Assembly: GCA_964501355.1 (NCBI GenBank)
Contig: CAZCSM010000002.1
Location: forward strand, 5,884-69,883
Direction: 5' to 3'
Source: an uncultured Candidatus Saccharibacteria bacterium
GTDB lineage: Bacteria; Patescibacteriota; Dojkabacteria; CAZCSM01
Length of the DNA stretch: 64,000 nucleotides
The stretch's first letter is position 1. Each line of letters begins with the position of its first letter. The notes below the pieces were generated by a model that ran no database searches, had not been told where the DNA came from, and saw only the letters and a program-made list of their open reading frames with translations. Positions 19,329-30,350 of this stretch are shown in pieces. Made by a program: the position numbers and the translations under genes.

Positions 19329-21107
19329 ATGTGCGGTATTTTTGGTTACGTTGGTGAAGGAAATGCTTCTGCCCAAATATTAAAGGGTTTGAAAAGATTA
19401 GAATATCGTGGATATGATTCTTGGGGAGTGGCCGTTTTGGATAAGAAGGAAAATGAAATAGATGTTTTTAAACAGGTCGGACCGATTGGAGAGGTTGTGG
19501 ATGTGAAGTCTTTAGATGGTGCTAAAATCGGGATTGGCCATACAAGGTGGGCAACGCACGGAGGTGTAACAGATGTTAACGCTCATCCTCATTTTTCCAC
19601 TGACGAAAGCTTCGTTTTAGCACAAAATGGCATTGTTGAAAACTATCAAGAATTAAAATCAAAATTGGAAAAACTCGGATATAAGTTTCAGTCACAAACT
19701 GATACAGAAGTAATTGTTCGATTGGTTGAAGAAAAGCTTAAGAATACACCTGATTTGCGTCAAGCTATTCGTTTGGCATTTTTAGATTTGGAAGGCAGGA
19801 ATACAATAATCGTTTTATCAAAAGCTGATAACCAGCTAATTGCAGTGAGAAACGGATCTCCTCTTGTTGTGGGTGTAGGAAAGAATGAATTCTTTTTTGC
19901 ATCAGACACTTTATCATTTTCTGATAGAACAAATGATGTCATTTATATCAATGACAATCAAATGGTTGAGTATATTGATGGAAAAATAAAATTGTCGGAT
20001 GTAAAGAATGATAAAAATCTTAAATATAAAGTTGTGAAGTTGGATCATGGAGATGTTACTGTTGATAAGGAGGGTTTTAAACATTTTATGCACAAGGAGA
20101 TTTGCGAGCAATCATATACAATTAAAAATGCAGCAAGATATGATTTGGAAGAGATTCAAGAATTTGTAGATGTAATCAAATCGGCGGATAGAGTTTATAC
20201 AGTAGGTGCAGGAACTGCCAGTTATGCAGCAGGACAGATTGCTTATTTTCTTCGAACAGTTGCTGGTATAAATGCAACTGAACTTCGATCTTATGAACTT
20301 AGCGGGTATGAAAAATTGTTCAAACCAAATGATGTTTTAATAGCAGTTAGTCAAAGTGGAGAAACTGCAGACACTGTAGAGACAATTGAGATTGCGAAAA
20401 GCAAAGGTGTAAAAATAGCAAGCATTGTTAATATGCTTGGCTCAACGATAACACGACTTTCTGATTATCCATTTTTTCTCCGCTCGGGTCCTGAAATTAG
20501 TGTGGTTTCCACAAAAGCTTTTACAGCAATGTGCTCATGGGGAATTATGCTTGCTTATGCAGTTAAAGGTGATATTGAGAAAGGAAAGAAATCAATTAAC
20601 AAATTAGGGGTTGCTTTGGAAAAATATTTCAAAAAAAACGAAGATAGGGAAAATTGGGAAGAATTGGTTCAAAAAGTGAAAGGTGTTAATACGGCATTCA
20701 TTCTTGGAAAAGGACAGAATTTTTACATCGGATTGGAGGGGGCTTTGAAATTAAAAGAAACTGCATATAGACATGCGGAAGGCTTTGCTGCAGGAGAATT
20801 GAAACATGGAGTAATTGCATTAATAGAAAAGGGAACACCTGTTTTCGTGATTGTTTCAGAAGATGAACATAAGAATGATATTTTGAGTGCGGCCGCTGAA
20901 GTCAAAGCCAGGGGTGCATATTTGGTAGGTATTGCGAAAGAGGAGAATGAGTTGTTTGATTTTTGTATAAAAATTGAAGATGCTGGGATTGCGGATTCTA
21001 TAGCAAATATTATTCCATTTCATTTGCTGGCGTATCATTTGGCGGTTGAGCTGGGATATTCTCCTGATAAGCCAAGGAATTTGGCGAAGAGCGTGACGGT
21101 GAAATAG
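19329..21107 (+). CDS. glmS: Glutamine--fructose-6-phosphate aminotransferase
   Basis: MCGIFG, LEYRGYDS, GHTRWATHG, SQSGETAD, C-terminal DKPRNLAKSVTVK. Confidence 0.96.
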   Translation: MCGIFGYVGEGNASAQILKGLKRLEYRGYDSWGVAVLDKKENEIDVFKQVGPIGEVVDVKSLDGAKIGIGHTRWATHGGVTDVNAHPHFSTDESFVLAQNGIVENYQELKSKLEKLGYKFQSQTDTEVIVRLVEEKLKNTPDLRQAIRLAFLDLEGRNTIIVLSKADNQLIAVRNGSPLVVGVGKNEFFFASDTLSFSDRTNDVIYINDNQMVEYIDGKIKLSDVKNDKNLKYKVVKLDHGDVTVDKEGFKHFMHKEICEQSYTIKNAARYDLEEIQEFVDVIKSADRVYTVGAGTASYAAGQIAYFLRTVAGINATELRSYELSGYEKLFKPNDVLIAVSQSGETADTVETIEIAKSKGVKIASIVNMLGSTITRLSDYPFFLRSGPEISVVSTKAFTAMCSWGIMLAYAVKGDIEKGKKSINKLGVALEKYFKKNEDRENWEELVQKVKGVNTAFILGKGQNFYIGLEGALKLKETAYRHAEGFAAGELKHGVIALIEKGTPVFVIVSEDEHKNDILSAAAEVKARGAYLVGIAKEENELFDFCIKIEDAGIADSIANIIPFHLLAYHLAVELGYSPDKPRNLAKSVTVK

Positions 21108-21175
21108 TGTAGAGTTATTGAATTGCTGTAATAATTTATTCTATGTCATAATCAGTTGATTTGTTTAATGTAAGT

Positions 21176-21382
21176 AAATTACAAATTACAAATAACAAAT
21201 AAATCTCAAATCACAAATTCAAAATACCAAACAATACACACTACTGTTATTAACAAGATTATTTAGATTCGTTCTTGATACTTCTACAACCTCAGTACAA
21301 GTTTTTGAATTTTGGTAATTTTTAGTGAGCTCATCAAACTATTGTAATTTGTTTGGAAATTGAAATTTGGAATTTGATGCTT
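21176..21382. repeat. Gene-less inverted heptamer element (same family as the flanks of 45574-45936)
   Basis: Left arm caaatta/caaataa/caaattc units (21176-21232); right arm ends atttgtttggaaattgaaatttggaatttgatgctt. Confidence 0.75.
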
Positions 21383-21504
21383 AACCACAATTTGTCGAGT
21401 TTTTGATTTTTTGTTTTAATTCATGTGTCCAACCAGAACATAAGCTTTTTGGAAAAAGAATTCTAGTGTATTATGTAAGAGGTTTTACTTTGAGATAAAT
21501 TGTT

Positions 21505-22434
21505 TTGGACTTATCAATAATCATATTAAATTGGAATAATAAGGGGGTCATTTTTGACTGCCTTGGTTCTGTTTTTCGGGAAATTGAAAATCTCGATGCG
21601 GAAGTTATTGTTGTGGATAATGGTTCGACTGACGGAAGTTTAGAATTAATAAAAAAGAATTATCAAAAAGTTGTTTTAATTGAGAATAAAGAAAACTTTC
21701 TTTTCGCTAAAGGTAATAACCAAGGCGTTGGAAAAGCAAAGGGCAAGTGGATAATGACACTTGGTTCAGATACGATTATTCAGAAAGATGCGATTAAATT
21801 GCTTTTAGACAAAGCAAAAAGCCTGTGTCACCCTGAGCCTGTCGAAGGGTCTAGCGATAGCGTTCCTTTGTGCAAAACAATTCTTGCTCCACAACTTATT
21901 TCCAAATCCGGTTCTGTTTTACTTTCTTGTCGTAAAATTCCAACTTTTTGGAATATGGCGAAATATATGGTTTATTCTTTTTTCGTTCGTCATTTTGACA
22001 CAAAGAATGTTTTTTGGGGTGAATATCGTATGGTTGATTGGAATCATGATACAGAAAGATTCGTAGAACAACCCGAAGCTACTTGTTGGTTAGGCCAGAA
22101 ATCTTTTTTCGAATCAATCGGGGGTTTGTTTGACGAGGAATTTCCTCTTTACTTTAATGATGTAGAAACGGCGATTCGAGTAAAGAAAGCAGGTGGTAAA
22201 TTTCTTTTTTGTCCGGAAGCAAAAGTGGTTCATTTAGGTGGCCAGAGTACGAAGAATTGGAGTGAGAATAGATTGTGGTTGTTTAGAGAAGGATTATTGA
22301 GATTATATACTAAACATTATATTAAAATATGGTATGATTGGTTTGGATATTTTTTAATAAAATATGCAACGTGGGCTTGGGTTCAAGTTAAGAATATTAC
22401 AAAGTCGCAAAATACGACTTATGAAATCAAATAG
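21505..22434 (+). CDS. Glycosyltransferase family 2 with an in-frame REP insertion
   Basis: SIIILNWN, VVDNGSTDGS, FDEEFPLYFNDVE, HLGGQS; TTG start. Confidence 0.85.
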   Translation: MDLSIIILNWNNKGVIFDCLGSVFREIENLDAEVIVVDNGSTDGSLELIKKNYQKVVLIENKENFLFAKGNNQGVGKAKGKWIMTLGSDTIIQKDAIKLLLDKAKSLCHPEPVEGSSDSVPLCKTILAPQLISKSGSVLLSCRKIPTFWNMAKYMVYSFFVRHFDTKNVFWGEYRMVDWNHDTERFVEQPEATCWLGQKSFFESIGGLFDEEFPLYFNDVETAIRVKKAGGKFLFCPEAKVVHLGGQSTKNWSENRLWLFREGLLRLYTKHYIKIWYDWFGYFLIKYATWAWVQVKNITKSQNTTYEIK

Positions 22435-23143
22435 TAAGAAACAAAAATTTAATGAGGATGTAGTCGTCGTAATTCCCTGTTTTAATGAATCCGGGAAGAT
22501 TGGTGAAGTAATTAATAAAATAAAAAAAGAGGGTTTTTCTCGAATTGTTGTTGTGGATGATGGTAGTTTAGACAATACCTTCGAAGTTGCAAAAACCGCA
22601 GGTGCTATGGTTCTTAAACACTCGGTCAACAGAGGAAAAGGCGCAGCAACTCAAACCGGTCTGGATGCGGCGAAATTACTAAATCCTGATATTGTAGTAA
22701 CAATGGATGGTGATGATCAGCATGATACAAAAGACATTCAAAAAGTTGTTGATGAATTGATTTCAAAAAAAGTTGATTATGTCATTGGGAGTAGACTCTT
22801 GGATAAAAGCGGGATTACGTTTTCTCGTAGAGTTATGAATAAAATTGGAAACGTAGTTACGTTTATGTTTTACGGCGTTTGGGTTTCTGATTCTCAATCT
22901 GGTTTTCGTGCGTATAATAACAAAGCTTTGAAAGTGATTAACTCAACTTGCGATAGATATGAATTCGAATCAGACACTTTGGGGCAGCTTTATAAGGCAA
23001 AAATGACATTTTCTGAAATTCCTATTACGGTTCGCTACACAGAATATTCTTTGAATAGATACAAAGGTTTAAGCGTGCCAAGTCAAAACCTATTTAATGG
23101 TTTCAAGATGCTTTATAGAATGATAATTCGGGCAATTTTATAA
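22421..23143 (+). CDS. Glycosyltransferase family 2 (DPM/DPG synthase-like)
   Basis: VVIPCFNE, VVDDGSLD, NRGKGAA, MDGDDQH, DSQSGFRAY; ATG 22421 preferred. Confidence 0.88.
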   Translation: MKSNSKKQKFNEDVVVVIPCFNESGKIGEVINKIKKEGFSRIVVVDDGSLDNTFEVAKTAGAMVLKHSVNRGKGAATQTGLDAAKLLNPDIVVTMDGDDQHDTKDIQKVVDELISKKVDYVIGSRLLDKSGITFSRRVMNKIGNVVTFMFYGVWVSDSQSGFRAYNNKALKVINSTCDRYEFESDTLGQLYKAKMTFSEIPITVRYTEYSLNRYKGLSVPSQNLFNGFKMLYRMIIRAIL

Positions 23144-23144
23144 T

Positions 23145-23495
23145 ATGAATGAATTCTTAACATATCAAATAATAATTTTTGGATTTTGTGCTTTACAAGC
23201 TCTCCGTAGTATTTGGAAATTAATTAAAGGGAAAATTGATTTTCGTGAATTATTGTTGGCGATAATAATTTGGAGTGGGTTTGCAACACTTGGTCTTTTT
23301 CCAAATCTTTCAACTGTGATTGGTAAATATTTAGGTTTTGAACTAGGTATTAACTTTCTGTTAGTTTCGGCTGTTTTGTTCTTATTATTCTCTACTTTCA
23401 GTCAAAGTTTAGAAAATGAAAAGACGAATAATACTGTTACGAAGCTAGTTAGACATTTGGCGATTGAGGAGTTTAGTCAAGGTTTAAAGAAATAA
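23145..23495 (+). CDS. DUF2304 family small membrane protein
   Basis: Three TMs, LFPNL...LGFELG, TKLVRHLAI; typical partner of a DPM-like GT2. Confidence 0.8.
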   Translation: MNEFLTYQIIIFGFCALQALRSIWKLIKGKIDFRELLLAIIIWSGFATLGLFPNLSTVIGKYLGFELGINFLLVSAVLFLLFSTFSQSLENEKTNNTVTKLVRHLAIEEFSQGLKK

Positions 23496-23511
23496 TTTAG
23501 TTCATAATATA

Positions 23512-23715
23512 ATGTGTGGTTATGGAATAGATTATAGTGATGTTGATTATACAGGCCCTTATGTTCCTTGGTCGGTTTTAATGGAACTTGCATTGAAAGA
23601 CCTTAATGTGTGTACGACGAATTTAGTCGTAGGTTTACCAAGAAATGATAAAGTTACTTTAGCTGCAATAGAAAATTCAGCTGACTGTGGCGTAACATGG
23701 TTTCCTGATTGCTAA
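23512..23715 (+). CDS. Possible small hypothetical protein
   Basis: 67-aa ORF that fills the gap between the DUF2304 gene and fcl; no motif. Confidence 0.3.
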   Translation: MCGYGIDYSDVDYTGPYVPWSVLMELALKDLNVCTTNLVVGLPRNDKVTLAAIENSADCGVTWFPDC

Positions 23716-23732
23716 TTTATAAGTTTTCAAAA

Positions 23733-24674
23733 ATGATTGATTTAAAAAATAAAAAAATATTACTAACCGGTGGTTCAGGATTCTTGGGTTCATTTATTTT
23801 AGAAAAGCTTTTGGAGCGAGGATGTAAAGAGTCTGATATTACAATTCCGAGGAGTAAAGATTGTGATTTGCGTTTAATGGAGAATTGTAAGGAAAGTACC
23901 GAAGGACAAGATATTGTTATTCACCTTGCGGCAGATGTCGGTGGAATTGGTTATAACAGAGAAAATCCAGGATCTTTATTCTACAACAATTTGATGATGG
24001 GAACTCAGTTGATGGAGTCCGCGAGGCTATCTGGAGTAGAGAAATTCGTTGCAGTAGGAACAATTTGTGCTTATCCAAAATTTACACCAGTTCCATTTAA
24101 AGAAGAAGATTTATGGAATGGCTATCCCGAAGAAACAAATGCGCCTTACGGTTTAGCTAAGAAAATGCTTCTGGTTCAGTCTCAAGCATATCGACAGCAA
24201 TATGGATTTAATTCAATATTTTTGCTGCCTGTAAATTTGTACGGACCTAGAGACAATTTCAATCCGGAATCTTCCCATGTAATTCCTGCACTTATTAAGA
24301 AAGTTTATGATGCAAAAAAATCTAAATCCGATCATATAGAAGTTTGGGGGACAGGTAAGGCTTCAAGGGAATTTCTATATATTGAAGATGCGGCAGAAGG
24401 AATTGTTTTGGCAACTGAAATATATGACGGTAGTGAGCCGGCAAACTTGGGCGCCGGATTTGAAATAACAATCAAGGAGTTAATAGAATTAATTGTGGAC
24501 TTGATGGATTATAAGGGAAAAATAATTTGGGATGCATCAAAACCTGATGGACAGCCGAGACGATGTTTGGATGTTTCTAGAGCTGAGAAGTATTTCGATT
24601 TTAAGGCTAAAACAAAATTCAAAGAAGGTTTGAAAAAGGCAATTGGGTGGTATGAGAAGAATCCATATAAATAA
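23733..24674 (+). CDS. fcl: GDP-L-fucose synthase
   Basis: [58 protein letters not shown]. Confidence 0.93.
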   Translation: MIDLKNKKILLTGGSGFLGSFILEKLLERGCKESDITIPRSKDCDLRLMENCKESTEGQDIVIHLAADVGGIGYNRENPGSLFYNNLMMGTQLMESARLSGVEKFVAVGTICAYPKFTPVPFKEEDLWNGYPEETNAPYGLAKKMLLVQSQAYRQQYGFNSIFLLPVNLYGPRDNFNPESSHVIPALIKKVYDAKKSKSDHIEVWGTGKASREFLYIEDAAEGIVLATEIYDGSEPANLGAGFEITIKELIELIVDLMDYKGKIIWDASKPDGQPRRCLDVSRAEKYFDFKAKTKFKEGLKKAIGWYEKNPYK

Positions 24675-24691
24675 ACTTGTAAATTTTAAAA

Positions 24692-25513
24692 ATGAAAATA
24701 TCAATAGTAACACCAACTTGGAATCAGAAAAATTTTATTGAAAGAACAATTGAAAGTATCATTAAGCAAAAAGGAGATTTTGAGCTTGAGTACATTATTA
24801 TGGATGGCGGATCTACCGATGGCACTGTTGAAATTCTCAAAAAATATGAGCAAATTTTAAAAGACAAAAAATATTCTCATATTACTTACATTTGGAAATC
24901 TGAGAAGGATAAGGGACAAAGTGATGCTATTAATAAAGGAATGAAAATGGTGACGGGTGATATTGCTGCATTTATGAATTCTGATGATACTTACACAGAA
25001 GATACTTTTGCAAAAATCGTAGATGTATTTGAAAATAATTCTTCCGTAAGGTGGGTGTTTGGGAAAGTCAGAATTATAAACGAAAATGATCTTGAAATAA
25101 GTAAAGCCATTACTTTATACAAAAACATTCTCTTGAATCTACATTCGGTTCCACTTTTGCTTGCAGAAAATTACATTTCCCAACCTGCAACTTTTTGGCG
25201 AAGGGAAGTTCTTGATGAAGTTGGTTTGTTTAATGAAGAAGAGCATTTGGTAATGGATTATGAGTATTGGCTTCGAATTGTAACGAAATATGGAGATGGA
25301 TATTTTCTGAACGATTATCTTGCAAACTTTAGATATTACGACACTTCAAAAAGTGGAAGTCGATTTAAGGAGCAATTTAGAGATGAGCTTCGTGTAGCGA
25401 GGAAATACGGTATGAATTATCCTCTCTCGATTCTGCTTCACGAGTTTAATAGAATAAAGATTATTACGGCGTATACGGTGATAAATTTCGCAAAAAGGCT
25501 GATTAAAAAATGA
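24692..25513 (+). CDS. Glycosyltransferase family 2 (WcaE-like)
   Basis: ISIVTPTWNQ, DGGSTDGT, SEKDKGQSDAINKG, NSDD, QPATFWR. Confidence 0.88.
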   Translation: MKISIVTPTWNQKNFIERTIESIIKQKGDFELEYIIMDGGSTDGTVEILKKYEQILKDKKYSHITYIWKSEKDKGQSDAINKGMKMVTGDIAAFMNSDDTYTEDTFAKIVDVFENNSSVRWVFGKVRIINENDLEISKAITLYKNILLNLHSVPLLLAENYISQPATFWRREVLDEVGLFNEEEHLVMDYEYWLRIVTKYGDGYFLNDYLANFRYYDTSKSGSRFKEQFRDELRVARKYGMNYPLSILLHEFNRIKIITAYTVINFAKRLIKK

Positions 25514-26607
25514 AAATACTTTTGGACCACCAAATCTTTACATTCCAGGATTATGGGGGGATTTCTCGCATTTATACCGAGCTCTACAAGATTTTTGAAA
25601 AGCAACAAGATGTTGAAATAGAAATGCCTATCAAATATTCCAACAATTTTTACTTAGAAGAGCTGGAAGATTTTCAATATAAAAACTTTAAGAAAATTCC
25701 TCATCCGATTGCAAATAAACTTTTCATCAAAACAGTTAACGATTTGCAAACCTGCAGAAAGCTTTTGAGAAATGATTTTGACATATTCCAGCCGACTTAC
25801 TACGATCCGTATTTCCTAAAATTTTTAAAAAAACCTTTCGTACTTTCTGTTTATGATATGACACATGAAATATTTCCCGAAGGCGTTTCTTCTCTAGACA
25901 GAACTATTCCATGGAAAAGAAAACTGTTAAAAAAGGCTTCAAGGATAATTGCAATTTCAGAAAGTACGAAGAAAGATATTGTAGAAATGTACAATGTTGA
26001 AGAATCAAAAATAGACGTTGTTTACCTTGCAACTTCTTTGAAGCTTGATGCGAATTATAAAACAGCTCTTAATTTGCCGAATAAATACATACTTTTCGTT
26101 GGAAATAGAAAAGGCTATAAAAACTTTGAGTTTTTCGTAAAGAGTATCGCAGAAATATTAAAATCCACAAAAGACCTGAATTTGGTTTGTGCGGGTGGTG
26201 GTGGATTTACTGAAATTGAAAAAGAACTTTTGGAAACTTTAGGGATAGAAAATAAGGTTCAGCAAATCTTTTTTAAAGACGATAAAGAGCTTGCATATAT
26301 TTATAATCATGCATTATGCTTTGTTTTTCCATCTAGATACGAAGGTTTTGGAATTCCGATTTTAGAAGGTTTCGCTTGTGAGGCACCGGTTCTTGCTAGC
26401 AATACGAGTTCTTTGCCAGAAGTTGGTGGAGATGCTGCATTGTATTTTGATCCTGAAGACTCTGTATCTTTAGTTTCGGCACTGGATAAGGTAATATCAA
26501 ATGATTCTTTGCGACAAGGGTTAGTTAAGAAGGGGACGGAAAGCTTAAAGGCTTTCTCGTGGGAGAAGACTGCGAAAGGATATTTGGATGTTTATTCATT
26601 AATTTAG
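25510..26607 (+). CDS. Glycosyltransferase family 4
   Basis: DHQIF...YGGISR, FVFPSRYEGFGIPILE, SSLPEVGG. Confidence 0.9.
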   Translation: MKILLDHQIFTFQDYGGISRIYTELYKIFEKQQDVEIEMPIKYSNNFYLEELEDFQYKNFKKIPHPIANKLFIKTVNDLQTCRKLLRNDFDIFQPTYYDPYFLKFLKKPFVLSVYDMTHEIFPEGVSSLDRTIPWKRKLLKKASRIIAISESTKKDIVEMYNVEESKIDVVYLATSLKLDANYKTALNLPNKYILFVGNRKGYKNFEFFVKSIAEILKSTKDLNLVCAGGGGFTEIEKELLETLGIENKVQQIFFKDDKELAYIYNHALCFVFPSRYEGFGIPILEGFACEAPVLASNTSSLPEVGGDAALYFDPEDSVSLVSALDKVISNDSLRQGLVKKGTESLKAFSWEKTAKGYLDVYSLI

Positions 26608-26623
26608 TTTAATAGTTAGCTTT

Positions 26624-27334
26624 ATGAAAAATTATTTGCAACATTTACAGCAACAGGGTGATAATGATGTTAGCCTAACAAGAAAGATTGAATATATAAA
26701 GCATAATTTTGGTAAATATCTTACAGAACTAAATAAGAAATCATCAGTTCTCTCGATTGGTCCCGGAATTGGAGCTTTAGAAGAATACATGAATTCTCGA
26801 GGAGTTAGCAATATAGATCTTATTGATAATGACGAGAATGTGCTTAATTTCATAAAAACAAAGTTTAAGGTTAACAATGTTTTCAAAACAGAGAATATTG
26901 CGGAAATAAAAAACAAGTTACAAAAGTATGATGCTATATTTTTGATTCAAGTTTTTGAACATATTCCTCAGTCTCAATATAAGTCGTTTTTGTATACTTT
27001 GGTTGATTGTTTAAAGAGCAATGGAAAAATATTTATAGTTGTGCCTAATGGTGGGAATCCTCTAAATTTATTAGAACGATATCATGATTTGCAACATGTA
27101 AGTTCTTTTACGGAAGATTCTTTGAAAGAGTTGCCTGATTTCTGTGAGATAACAGACGTTAAAGTTGAGGTAAGAAGTTTTGACATACCTCCTTACTCAA
27201 TTGTAAACTTAGCTCGCATTTTTATGCAAAAACTGCTTCATTGGATGATAATTTCTCTACTAATAATTAACGGTGGTGTATATCAGAAAATAATGGCACC
27301 AAACATCACTTTAATTATAAAGAAAAAGAGATAA
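26624..27334 (+). CDS. Class I SAM-dependent methyltransferase
   Basis: VLSIGPGIG motif I; YDAIFLIQVFEHI; GKIFIVVPN. Confidence 0.8.
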   Translation: MKNYLQHLQQQGDNDVSLTRKIEYIKHNFGKYLTELNKKSSVLSIGPGIGALEEYMNSRGVSNIDLIDNDENVLNFIKTKFKVNNVFKTENIAEIKNKLQKYDAIFLIQVFEHIPQSQYKSFLYTLVDCLKSNGKIFIVVPNGGNPLNLLERYHDLQHVSSFTEDSLKELPDFCEITDVKVEVRSFDIPPYSIVNLARIFMQKLLHWMIISLLIINGGVYQKIMAPNITLIIKKKR

Positions 27335-27371
27335 TGTCTGTGAAGCAGATTAATACTTTTCATAAAATAAT

Positions 27372-28607
27372 TTGAAAATTCTCTTGTTTAAAATAAAGTT
27401 ATTTTTATTTAATCCATTTGTAATTTCAATTGGATTTACAGTGCTTGCAAATCTTATCCAGGTTTTTGCATTTATGGCACAGAAAAATTTGGATGATAGC
27501 AACTTTTCTCTTTTGAATTGGGGGATATATGTTTTTACAATTCTAAACATTCCCTCTGAGTCATTAATTAAATGGGTCACAATTGAGCTTGGTAAAATAG
27601 ATATTGAAAAAAGAACAGATTATCTTATCACTATTGCCCGTAAATCTTTTGTTCCATTTTATCTAATGTTTTCAATAATATTTGCGGGAATATCTTTGCA
27701 GAAAAATTCTGATTTTACAATTGTTTCGATTTGTTTAATTTCTGCATTAATTGCTTTTTGGTCAATTTTCCCAAGAGCATATCTGAATGTAAGGGAAAGA
27801 TACTTAGAAATGAATTTGGTACTATTAACCATACCTGTAATTAGATTAATATTTACAGTTTTTTTTATAGCCAATGGTAATGTGGTCTTATTATTCTGGG
27901 GGCTTGTATTGTCTTCTATCATTGGTACTCTTTTATCATATGTTTTCCTATTTAATGATTTAGGGTTAAATTTGAAATACTTATTTAATAGCTTATCGAA
28001 TCAAAACTCTTTTCAATTTACAAATAAGATTTTAAACATAGTAGGGAATGTATTTTTACAAATAGCTTTAAGTACTTTTTGGCTTGTTGACGGTTTGGTT
28101 TTAAAGAATTTTCTGGGTGATTATGATTATAGCGTTTACGTTTCGTATTCATATATTTATAAATTTCCGATGTTTGCTGCAATCGGTGTGGCGCCTGTGC
28201 TTTTGGGTAAATCTGTTTTATCTGAAGCAAATAGAATTGAATTAAAGAAAACTTTACGAAAAAGCATTTTGATAATTTTTGGTTTGTTTGGAAGTTTTCT
28301 TCTAATAGAAATATTATTTGAAGGGAGATTACTAGAACTTTTGGGTTATACTAGATATTTTAAACAGGGATTTAGTTTTATATTTGGATTGGCGTGGCTT
28401 GTCCAGACTTTAGTATACTTTGTATTTACATATTTGTTGAAGATAAAAGCTAATCGGAAAACTTATGTTGCAATATTTTTATACAGCTTGAGTTTCATAA
28501 TTGGTTTGTACGTTTTTCGTGATAGTATATTTAGTGTAATGTGGTTTGTTTTAGGACAGGGATTATTTTTCATAATTGTTAATTTTGCCTTGTTGTTAAA
28601 GAAATGA
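27372..28607 (+). CDS. Wzx-like flippase / polysaccharide export membrane protein
   Basis: About 12 hydrophobic segments; DGLVLKNFL motif at the usual position; glycan-locus context. Confidence 0.6.
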   Translation: MKILLFKIKLFLFNPFVISIGFTVLANLIQVFAFMAQKNLDDSNFSLLNWGIYVFTILNIPSESLIKWVTIELGKIDIEKRTDYLITIARKSFVPFYLMFSIIFAGISLQKNSDFTIVSICLISALIAFWSIFPRAYLNVRERYLEMNLVLLTIPVIRLIFTVFFIANGNVVLLFWGLVLSSIIGTLLSYVFLFNDLGLNLKYLFNSLSNQNSFQFTNKILNIVGNVFLQIALSTFWLVDGLVLKNFLGDYDYSVYVSYSYIYKFPMFAAIGVAPVLLGKSVLSEANRIELKKTLRKSILIIFGLFGSFLLIEILFEGRLLELLGYTRYFKQGFSFIFGLAWLVQTLVYFVFTYLLKIKANRKTYVAIFLYSLSFIIGLYVFRDSIFSVMWFVLGQGLFFIIVNFALLLKK

Positions 28608-30334
28608 AGTTAATAAAACTTTTCATATTGTTTTGGGCTTACTTTATTATCGGAGCATGGGCGTTATCTGCTCTCGGTTATTTTTCAGTGTTGGGTTTCA
28701 GAATATTGATTGCCATATTTTTGGTTTGTATAGGTGTTTATATTATTAAATCAAAATTCCTATCTCAATCAAAAGTTTGTATTTTAAAAGCTAAGGCAAT
28801 ATACTTAACCTGCAAAAAAGATTTTTATGATTATCTTGCTTTCCTAGTCACAATATTCTGGTTCGTTTATTTCGCCTACTGTCTTTATAGAATAGTTCTT
28901 TTGCCTCCAGAAAACTGGGACAGTATGACATATCATTTAACGAAGATCGCGAATGCAAACCAGACAGGTACATTGTGGCATGATTCTACAATACCAGTAT
29001 CAAGAGTAAACGTTAGCCCGAGTAACTCCGAGATTTTCAATATGGTATTCTTTTCAATTTTGGGCAAAGATTTGATAGTAGAGATTCCACAGCTAATGGG
29101 GGCATTCTTCACCGTAATAGGTTTAGTATTTATCGTCGTTAGGCATTTCAAAGTCGATTGGCAAAAAGCTGTAATTGCATCATTATCTTTATTGACGATT
29201 CCTCTTTTTATATCTCAAAGTTACACTACTCAAAACGATCTTTTGTTTGTAGCGGTTTCGATAATTTCGATGTTATTTACTTTGGAATATTATAACTATA
29301 AATCTTTCTCTAATCTTTTATTTTGTATTATTTCAGTAAGTATTTTGGCGGGACTTAAATTAAGCGGTCTAATTGTAGCATTTCCTTGTTGCCTAATGGT
29401 TCTTCTGAGGTACATGGATTCCTTCAAAACTAATTGGAAGAATACCTCAAAATTAATAAAAGACGTTATTTTGGCATTGGTTATTTTTTTGACTTTAGCT
29501 TTGCTCAATTATATTATCGCAAAGATTTATTATGGTAAATTCACATATTTACCAAATGATTATAAAGCTATCTGGGGGATTGATACTTTTTTAGAGAATC
29601 TGAGACATTTTCATAGTTGGATATATGTTACAGGCGGAGAAGTTATCAGCCATGATACTGGTAGTATTGGTATGCTTGCCAAGGTAATGATCCCTTTGTT
29701 TCTCGTTGGCTTCATATTGGATTTCCTTAATTCAGAGAGAAGAAAAGGTGGGCGGATGATTATTTTCTTTGCACCAATATTCTTTACTCTTATATTTTTA
29801 TTTTCACATACTCCAGATCCTTGGGATTTAAGATTAGTTTTGTTGTTGCCGATAATCTGCGTTTATTTTGGAACTGTGTTTTTTATAAATCTTAAAAACA
29901 AGTTCATTGGTGGTTTCGTATTTTGTTACATTGTTATGTTTGTGTTTAATACCGTAACTGTTTTTTATAACGCAGATAAGCCTAAATTAATAATTTCCCT
30001 TGATAAATATCAATCCGGTTATGGGTTTTCAACCATTGGAGATGTTTTTGCTTATCGTCCAGACATCTCCATCTTCGAGAAAGACAATCTGTCTTCGGCA
30101 GACATCTTGTTTCTGGGCAGTGAGGATTCTTGGGTTTATCCATATTATAGATCTGATTGGAGAAATAAAATCGTTTTTACAGATGAAGATAATTTACCAC
30201 AAATGATTCAGAATCAAACTTATAAATATGTATTATTAGAGAGATCGAAAATAGATTTGGTTATTAATTATGTACCAAGTCATTATGTGGTGTTAGCAGA
30301 AGATAATTTCTTTAGAATTTATAAATTTTACTAA
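28604..30334 (+). CDS. GT-C fold (ArnT/PMT-like) membrane glycosyltransferase
   Basis: NWDSMTYHL, QSYTTQNDL, AGLK motifs; multi-TM. Confidence 0.65.
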   Translation: MKLIKLFILFWAYFIIGAWALSALGYFSVLGFRILIAIFLVCIGVYIIKSKFLSQSKVCILKAKAIYLTCKKDFYDYLAFLVTIFWFVYFAYCLYRIVLLPPENWDSMTYHLTKIANANQTGTLWHDSTIPVSRVNVSPSNSEIFNMVFFSILGKDLIVEIPQLMGAFFTVIGLVFIVVRHFKVDWQKAVIASLSLLTIPLFISQSYTTQNDLLFVAVSIISMLFTLEYYNYKSFSNLLFCIISVSILAGLKLSGLIVAFPCCLMVLLRYMDSFKTNWKNTSKLIKDVILALVIFLTLALLNYIIAKIYYGKFTYLPNDYKAIWGIDTFLENLRHFHSWIYVTGGEVISHDTGSIGMLAKVMIPLFLVGFILDFLNSERRKGGRMIIFFAPIFFTLIFLFSHTPDPWDLRLVLLLPIICVYFGTVFFINLKNKFIGGFVFCYIVMFVFNTVTVFYNADKPKLIISLDKYQSGYGFSTIGDVFAYRPDISIFEKDNLSSADILFLGSEDSWVYPYYRSDWRNKIVFTDEDNLPQMIQNQTYKYVLLERSKIDLVINYVPSHYVVLAEDNFFRIYKFY

Positions 30335-30350
30335 TTTGGAATAGATTGCC

